Positions 57,930-64,000 of a stretch of DNA of 64,000 bases are shown here, one piece after another. A program made the position numbers and the translations under genes. Location: the NCBI GenBank assembly GCA_049623485.1, contig JBMZTB010000001.1, positions 5,387 through 69,386 of the forward strand, read 5' to 3'. Position 1 is the stretch's first letter, and every line of letters starts with the position of its first letter. Below the pieces are notes generated by a model. The model saw nothing but the letters and a program-made list of their open reading frames with translations. It did not search any database and was not told the origin of the DNA. Source of the stretch: Candidatus Poseidoniaceae archaeon (GTDB taxonomy: Archaea; Thermoplasmatota; Poseidoniia; Poseidoniales; Poseidoniaceae).

Positions 57930-57954
57930 TCGAATGAACTCATGTTCCCGACTC

Positions 57955-58557
57955 TCATTCACGTTGAGAATTGGTTGAAGTATTTGTTTTCATAAACCAC
58001 CATACAATGATGCCAAGAGTGAGGATAAGGATCACTCCCATCAATAATTCTCGATCAAGTATCCATTCAACCGCTCTCATCGCAGACTCTCCGTACATGA
58101 ATATGAACAGAGCTTCAAGTCCAAATCGAAGACCCCTACCAAAAATTCCCGCAAGAATAAATGGCCGTAATTTCATATCACTTGCCCCAGCAATCCATCC
58201 AAAGACTTTGTAGGGTAACGGGGAAACTGCCGCTATGAACATGCCAAGAGTTCCATACCGCTCAAACAGTTTCTCGAGTTGTGAACGATGATGTGGCTTG
58301 CCAAATTTATCGATTAATTTCGTTCCGTATCTTTTTCCCAATGCATGACCAATGATCGCTCCAAGGACAGATGAAATTGTGACGACAAACCAAAGCCAAA
58401 TCAGCAAACCCTCGTTGTTTCTTGCATCGTAAGCCATCGGTAAAAACAGTACATCGGGTGGAATTGGTTGGATTATCGCTTCCGTGAATGAGAGGAGAGC
58501 TAAGGCTAATGGTCCAAACGATTCGAAGAAGTCGAGTATGACCTCTTCTCCAAACAT
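57955..58557 (-). CDS. YqaA/DedA (VTT domain) membrane protein
   Basis: LSFTEAIIQPIPPD, SVLGA..G, SPLPYKVF...AG, GRGLRF. ORF opens at 58716. Confidence 0.9.
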   Translation of the reverse strand: MFGEEVILDFFESFGPLALALLSFTEAIIQPIPPDVLFLPMAYDARNNEGLLIWLWFVVTISSVLGAIIGHALGKRYGTKLIDKFGKPHHRSQLEKLFERYGTLGMFIAAVSPLPYKVFGWIAGASDMKLRPFILAGIFGRGLRFGLEALFIFMYGESAMRAVEWILDRELLMGVILILTLGIIVWWFMKTNTSTNSQRE

Positions 58558-58635
58558 AGTTCTTGGTGTCGATGTTGCTTCTTGAGTATATGGGTCATCG
58601 GTGCCTTCTTTACATCGATTCCCTAGCAAAATATA

Positions 58636-59124
58636 ATGCGCGTCCTCGATACTGCTGCCTTGCTTCATTGGCCAGTTGATCGTTGCCGAGGCGGAATCGT
58701 TGCAATTTCTCAACAAGTTGAGTTGCTAAGGGTCGATGAACAACGTTCAATGTTGATGGAATCAGCATCACTCGATTGGCAAGTACCGCTCGAAACTGCT
58801 CTACAACAAGCCAGGGAAATCGCCTCTGAAACTGGAGATTTACCTCGACTTTCATCGGTGGATTTGGACGTGCTCGCCTTAGCAATTGACCTTAATCTTA
58901 CGTTGGTTACGGATGATTATCGAATGAAAAATGTGGCACGTAAAGCAGGGATTGCTGTTGAAGGTGTCCTTACTACGGGTGGGAAAAAGCAGTGGAAGTG
59001 GATTCTTCGTTGCATTGGTTGCAGGGCAGAAGAAGATGTGCCTTCAAATGCAAAACAATCGAAGAAAGATGATGTACAATTGTGCGATCGATGTGGGTCG
59101 CCAATGAAATTGAAAAAAGGCTAA
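58636..59124 (+). CDS. nob1: Nob1 endoribonuclease (PIN domain + Zn ribbon)
   Basis: VLDTAA, TGD...LS.VD...LALA, LVTDDY, W...CIGC...CDRCGS. Confidence 0.9.
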   Translation: MRVLDTAALLHWPVDRCRGGIVAISQQVELLRVDEQRSMLMESASLDWQVPLETALQQAREIASETGDLPRLSSVDLDVLALAIDLNLTLVTDDYRMKNVARKAGIAVEGVLTTGGKKQWKWILRCIGCRAEEDVPSNAKQSKKDDVQLCDRCGSPMKLKKG

Positions 59125-59427
59125 TCACTCTTCATCGTTGAGTGATTCAAGAGCATTGACTTTTTTCTCTAATTCTTCAATAGACATTCCTTCAGGGTCA
59201 ATGCCAACTGCCTTTGCCCTTTCCATAAGAACTTGGTCTGCCGTTTTTCCACCTGCTTCTAAATCAGCGATTGTTGCAGCAGTTGTTGCTTCTGAAAGAC
59301 CTTTGTTGAATTCGCCTTTCGAGCGGCCAAGAGCGTTTGCCATTTTTGGTAATCGTTCAGCGCCAAACAAGATGAAGAAGATGGCCAAAAGAATGACGAT
59401 TTCGAGTGGTCCAGGACTAAATGCCAT
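59125..59427 (-). CDS. tatA: twin-arginine translocase TatA/E
   Basis: GPLEI.......LFGAERLPKMA.ALGRS..EF.KG. Confidence 0.92.
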   Translation of the reverse strand: MAFSPGPLEIVILLAIFFILFGAERLPKMANALGRSKGEFNKGLSEATTAATIADLEAGGKTADQVLMERAKAVGIDPEGMSIEELEKKVNALESLNDEE

Positions 59428-59498
59428 TGTATTCCCTATACACCCCTATACGTCCTTGCTTTCAAGGGTTACCATCGCTTGAGGGCGAATTAGAACAT

Positions 59499-59747
59499 TC
59501 AGCCACCAGATACTGGGGGGAGAAGAGCGACTTCGTCACCTTGTTCTGGATGGATGTCGAGAGGACATCTCTCGCCGTTTAAGGCCACGGCAAGACCCTG
59601 GCCAATCCAGTGTTGCATATCCAATGCTCGAACAATATCTTCGATACTCATTCCTTGAAACCATTCGATTTTTGAGGTTCTGGATCCAATAGCCTCAGCG
59701 ATTGGGCCAAACGCCAGCACACGTACATACCCTGCAACCTCGGTCAT
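59499..59747 (-). CDS. MoaD/ThiS/SAMP ubiquitin-like sulfur carrier
   Basis: VAxNG, GDEVALLPPVSGG with C-terminal di-glycine. Confidence 0.88.
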   Translation of the reverse strand: MTEVAGYVRVLAFGPIAEAIGSRTSKIEWFQGMSIEDIVRALDMQHWIGQGLAVALNGERCPLDIHPEQGDEVALLPPVSGG

Positions 59748-59797
59748 GCATCGGGATTCATGCGGTAGTTTATCAATACGCAGCCGTAAGGTTTTGC

Positions 59798-60487
59798 ATG
59801 GCGTTAGCACTCAAGGCGGAAAGCTTGTGGAAACTCTACGAATCAGGAGAATCCGTCATTAAGGCTGTCGAGGACGTTTCTCTCGAGGTTGAACAAGGAA
59901 CAATGATTGCAATTATGGGGCCTTCTGGATGTGGGAAAACCACCCTGCTGAACGTCCTTTCTGGAATCGATGAACCATCGTCTGGTTCAGTCGCAATCAA
60001 TGGCCAGAATTTGTACGGGTCAAACGATGATGTCCGAACCCGTGTTCGAGGCAAAAATATGGGATTTATTTTCCAAGAATTCAATCTCCTTCCTGTCATG
60101 ACTGCATTGGAGAATGTTGAGTTGCCTCTTCTTTTGCAGGGTAAAACATCCATCGATGCAAGAGATGAGGCCACAAAAGCGCTAACCGCTGTTGGCTTAG
60201 GCGATAGATTGCATCATCGGCCAGCAGAATTGTCAGGAGGTCAACAGCAACGGGTTGCAGTAGCCAGGGCAGTCGTTCATCGACCTGCCATTGTTCTCTG
60301 CGATGAACCTACGGGAAATCTCGATACAGAAACCTCTGAATCAATAATCGGATTGTTGCGAACCTTATGCAAAGTCGGGAATACAACATTTCTGATTGTC
60401 ACTCACGATCATTCAATTGCGGAACAATGTGACCGTGTTCTTCAGATGGCTGATGGGAAATTTCTTCAAGCATCTGAGGAGGAATGA
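59798..60487 (+). CDS. ABC transporter ATP-binding protein (LolD/MacB type)
   Basis: GPSGCGKTT, GFIFQEFNL, LSGGQQQRVA, CDEPTGNLD, VTHD. Confidence 0.95.
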   Translation: MALALKAESLWKLYESGESVIKAVEDVSLEVEQGTMIAIMGPSGCGKTTLLNVLSGIDEPSSGSVAINGQNLYGSNDDVRTRVRGKNMGFIFQEFNLLPVMTALENVELPLLLQGKTSIDARDEATKALTAVGLGDRLHHRPAELSGGQQQRVAVARAVVHRPAIVLCDEPTGNLDTETSESIIGLLRTLCKVGNTTFLIVTHDHSIAEQCDRVLQMADGKFLQASEEE

Positions 60488-63400
60488 ACTTGATCGCTCT
60501 GCTGCTTTTGTGTTTCGCCATAGTTCTCTTGGCGACTATAGCAGCGATTGGCCTTCGTCATGATTGCTCTCTCAAAAGTCGAACATTGATCATTATCGTA
60601 CCACTCGTTGATGCAATTTTATCCCACATCGCCCTTGGCTGGTTCGGCCTTGGGCCAGGAACAGTCTTTGTTGGAAGCGCTATGTTTGGTATACTGAGCC
60701 TACTTGGAGTGCAAGCCTTACTCAGCCCGAGAAGGTTGTTGGTTTTCAAACTCGCATGGCAACAACTACGTCGACGTCAACGTCAAGCAGCTCTTCTCAT
60801 GGCTGGTCTTATGATCGGTTCTGCAATAATTAGTTCCTCATTGATTGTTGGAGACTCTTTGGATGAGACCGTGAGAAAGGAAATTGAAGCCGCATGGGGT
60901 TCTACAGATATTGTCATTTCAGGATATGATTCTACTATTGGACAGGTTGTAGAAATTCCTTCATCGATTGTTGACGAATTACGTCTTCAAAATGTTGATG
61001 CAGTTGATGCAATTCAAGCAGGTAGAATTGTTTCAGCATCCGTTGAAACCAATGAAGGTATTGCAGAACCGAATGTTCCTTGGTTCGCATTAGAGCACCA
61101 AGAAGATGCTCTCATCGGTTCCTCTTCAAACGGTTTAACATGGTTTGAATTAGAGGAAGCAAGTCGTTTTTCAAACCAATCGATTGTTGTGATTAATCGA
61201 GCACTTGCGGATGAATTAGATGTTGGCAAAGGAGACGAAATAGAACTGGGTTGGTTTGTCAGAAATAACAACGGTATCGAGCGAATAAAGGACTTATTCT
61301 TGATTCATCAGGTCGTTTCGATGGCCAATCAGGGCCAACTTGCTGGAACAACAGCACCTGCTTTATTCACCGATCTTGAAACTGCACAAACATTGCAACA
61401 AGCCGGTCAAAATGTAACCACAATTCGATTAGCGACAAAGGGTATCGAACAAACCCGAGATGGTTACTCGACACTTATTGAGGAATTGGAATCAGCGCTC
61501 AATCAAACAATTGACGGAGAAGATTCAGGTCTTCAGTTCCTTGCCGATGAAGAGAGTGATTCTTTCACGATAACCTCTTCACAGGGGTTGGGCAGGATAC
61601 CGGCGTCTCTTGTACGTTCAATAAAGGAGAATCAAAGTGCGCTTATGGAGGATTCATCTCTTCTTGAAGTGTTGCAGGTACCATTGATTAGCCTCGAGGT
61701 AAACGGTTCGGAGCTTCTGACTCTTGCTGATGGGGATGTGAATCACATTCATCCTGAAGAACATGCAGTTTGGCATTGGGGTTCAGGTGGCATAGGGTAT
61801 GAGCGAAATGATTCCAACTCTTGGGTTTGGCGAGTTCCCTCAGGCTCAATTATTGTTGATGTAAGCATCGACAACGAATACGGCTTTGCTGCGTATGATA
61901 AGGGTCTTATTCTCGGAAACAGCTCTGACGAAGATTCAACAATTCGGTTGTTAAAAGACAAGGACATTGCGGCTGTTGAGGTCAAAGATGGGACGTGGTT
62001 TGCACTTGAAGAAGGTCAAAATCAAACATTATGGTTCGGGGATATTGCAAATGATACGGAAAAACCACTCGCACTGAACATTAATTCACCGTCAACAGTT
62101 TTGAGTTGGGACTTGAAGTACCATTCAGAAGAACTTTTTTTGAAAGTTGAAGGGCTTCTTTCAATAGACTATTACAAACGTTCATGGATTGGAGATGATT
62201 CAAATTTCATTGAAATTCCTGAATCGGAATGGCCCGTTACATCGTTGAATCCTCCAACGGTATGCCCCTCTGGCAAGGGGGCTATGGTGACGATACAAGA
62301 CGCGTGGTGCATAGAATCTCCAGGCATCATTGTGCGTTCAACTTTGGACGGTTCCGTTCAATCCCTCCGACTCCCTATCCTCTCGGATGCGGGAGGGTTT
62401 GGGACCCTCCCTCAGATGTTCTTTGCAATTGAAGGGGATGTGGATTCGTTGAATGTCGCCAAGAATGAGTTGATGATCGGGGACCGACTTCAATCCATTT
62501 CAAATGTTGCAAACGGTACAGTTAATGCCTCTGGACTCTTTCAATTCGCTTTTGGTTCCGATGATTCACAACTTCTAGCCATCAATGGTTCTTTCACAGA
62601 AAGCGATGAACTTTCTCAATTATCTGAACTCGAAACAGTTGTTCTTGGCCTGATCAACATCGAAGATGGTGAAACTCTGGCTGCAGCAGAAGATGACGAA
62701 CGTTCAATGTTGGTTTTTGCTTCTGTTGCTGATTTGGAAGAAGTTGCACTCAAGAATCATCTCAATCAACTCGTCGGATTTGAAGAAATGTCCCTTACGA
62801 TTCAGACGGTTAAACTCGATGCTATGGAACAAGCCGAAGCCTCTTCAGGTGTTTTATCAGCAATGTTCCTTGTGTTTGGTTCGTTCACAATAGCAGCCGG
62901 CGTCCTTCTTGTTGTGACCATTGTTATGATGTTGGTTGATGTGCGACAAAAAGAGTATGCAACAGTTAGAGCCCTCGGATTTACACGAGCCGATCTACGT
63001 TACATGACAATGATCGAGGGGTCAATCGCAGCCTTCCTTGGCTGTGGTCTCGGCTCATTCCTCGGCATGGGGCTTGCATGGATTATTGGAATTGGCTTTT
63101 CGAGTGTTTTTGCTAATGCAGGTACGGACGTGTTTACGTTTCACGCAGATTCGTCTTCTCTTGCTTCTGGCTGGTTCTGGGGATTCCATCTATCGATGAT
63201 CACATTGTTCCTTTCGGCACTTTGGTCTTCTCGCTTGATTATTGTTCACGCTTTGAAGAGTGTTCCGCAGAGAATTCCAAAGCATGTGCCTTGGGCGATG
63301 TACATCTTCCTAGTACTTGTCGCGGCAGGGGCTTTGGGAAGTTTAGGCCTGTTCTTTGTAGGAGGACAAGGCGTTGCTCATTCGATGTGGATTCTCTTCG

Positions 63401-64000
63401 GATGCTGTGCAATTCTTTTCACGATGCCAGTGTTGCTTTGGGTGATTCCTGTTCTTAGAGCAAGAAGAAAAATTGATGGAATTTTACCCGTGTTTAGAGA
63501 AGCGCCTCGAAGGACAATTGGATGGAGTGGTGTGGCCTTATTGGTGTGGACTGGATTGCCTTCTTCCTTCGATCTTGTTCGTGCCGATCTCATTCCAAAT
63601 GAACTTTCTTTCATCCTCATCGGTTTAGTGCAGGTGTTTGCTGGTGTATTTGTTTTAGCAGCTCTTGCTCCAATGATGATACGTGGATTGCTACGTCTAC
63701 CTAAACTCTCGAGCGGACCAGTTCTTCCCGTCGCTCTATCCTACCCTCTGCAAAAGCCTCTGCGAACTGCTGTAGTCATGGGCATGTTTTCAATAACTGT
63801 CTTTTCGGTTGTTGTTCTCAGTGGTTACACACTCCAATTCGACAATTATTCGAGTTCATTCGTAGAAGAATCTGAAGGAGAATTTGAATTGATGCTGTCT
63901 TCATCGAGGTCTCGTCCCTTACAACTCGAAGGCCCGATAGAAGAATGGGAATTGGAGAATTCCAATATCGAACAAATCGATGCTGTTGGGAGAGTGTATA
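60484..64000 (+). CDS. very large FtsX/MacB-type ABC permease; 3' end runs off the window
   Basis: Not in the ORF track. ATGA overlap with the ATPase stop; hand translation gives LAWQQLRRRQRQAALLMAGLMIGSAIISSSLIVGDSL, and in the same frame at 62821 onward FLVFGSFTIAAGVLL...RQKEYATVRALG. I spot-checked the frame, not every codon. Confidence 0.88.
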   Translation, partial: MNLIALLLLCFAIVLLATIAAIGLRHDCSLKSRTLIIIVPLVDAILSHIALGWFGLGPGTVFVGSAMFGILSLLGVQALLSPRRLLVFKLAWQQLRRRQRQAALLMAGLMIGSAIISSSLIVGDSLDETVRKEIEAAWGSTDIVISGYDSTIGQVVEIPSSIVDELRLQNVDAVDAIQAGRIVSASVETNEGIAEPNVPWFALEHQEDALIGSSSNGLTWFELEEASRFSNQSIVVINRALADELDVGKGDEIELGWFVRNNNGIERIKDLFLIHQVVSMANQGQLAGTTAPALFTDLETAQTLQQAGQNVTTIRLATKGIEQTRDGYSTLIEELESALNQTIDGEDSGLQFLADEESDSFTITSSQGLGRIPASLVRSIKENQSALMEDSSLLEVLQVPLISLEVNGSELLTLADGDVNHIHPEEHAVWHWGSGGIGYERNDSNSWVWRVPSGSIIVDVSIDNEYGFAAYDKGLILGNSSDEDSTIRLLKDKDIAAVEVKDGTWFALEEGQNQTLWFGDIANDTEKPLALNINSPSTVLSWDLKYHSEELFLKVEGLLSIDYYKRSWIGDDSNFIEIPESEWPVTSLNPPTVCPSGKGAMVTIQDAWCIESPGIIVRSTLDGSVQSLRLPILSDAGGFGTLPQMFFAIEGDVDSLNVAKNELMIGDRLQSISNVANGTVNASGLFQFAFGSDDSQLLAINGSFTESDELSQLSELETVVLGLINIEDGETLAAAEDDERSMLVFASVADLEEVALKNHLNQLVGFEEMSLTIQTVKLDAMEQAEASSGVLSAMFLVFGSFTIAAGVLLVVTIVMMLVDVRQKEYATVRALGFTRADLRYMTMIEGSIAAFLGCGLGSFLGMGLAWIIGIGFSSVFANAGTDVFTFHADSSSLASGWFWGFHLSMITLFLSALWSSRLIIVHALKSVPQRIPKHVPWAMYIFLVLVAAGALGSLGLFFVGGQGVAHSMWILFGCCAILFTMPVLLWVIPVLRARRKIDGILPVFREAPRRTIGWSGVALLVWTGLPSSFDLVRADLIPNELSFILIGLVQVFAGVFVLAALAPMMIRGLLRLPKLSSGPVLPVALSYPLQKPLRTAVVMGMFSITVFSVVVLSGYTLQFDNYSSSFVEESEGEFELMLSSSRSRPLQLEGPIEEWELENSNIEQIDAVGRVY

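Noticed and set aside
57120..57950. Integrated provirus or integrative element at tRNA-Glu
   Set aside because: No integrase and no duplicated tRNA 3' end found; at most a one-gene islet, reported as a finding.

Overview
Gene-dense 64-kb archaeal chromosome segment, most consistent with Marine Group II Euryarchaeota (Ca. Poseidoniales, Thermoplasmatota). This taxonomy is inferred from the archaellum genes, Nob1, SAMP/MoaD, an archaeal-type tRNA-Glu, many bacterial-like metabolic genes and giant acidic membrane-anchored surface proteins. Housekeeping content includes mvk (partial), cysS, ileS, nadE, mutY, nth, a MutS-like ATPase, PolX-PHP, hppA, tatA, nob1, trxA, bcp, grx and a partial ABC permease. 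The centrepiece is a ~14-kb same-strand operon (33531-47419) with Shine-Dalgarno-like sites at every junction. In it, three uncharacterised genes (a small TerB-like helical protein, a ~1620-aa Ig-repeat multi-pass membrane protein and a coiled-coil/beta-sandwich cytoplasmic protein) lead directly into arlB-arlB-(degenerate arlCDE fusion)-arlF-arlG-arlH-arlI-arlJ, with no chemotaxis genes in the window. Other notable items: a fused large-small aconitase X (candidate phosphomevalonate dehydratase), a eukaryote-like Frag1/DRAM/Sfk1 protein, a Reelin-repeat-like domain in a 1694-aa surface protein, a PolX apparently missing its third catalytic Asp, an in-frame TGA splitting a BtuF-like gene, a cUUCGg hairpin over the arlCDE ribosome site, and a perfect 16-bp palindrome before a low-GC HTH gene next to the tRNA. 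No CRISPR array, rRNA, transposase or integrase was seen. All family calls are by-eye motif recognition; no database searches were run.
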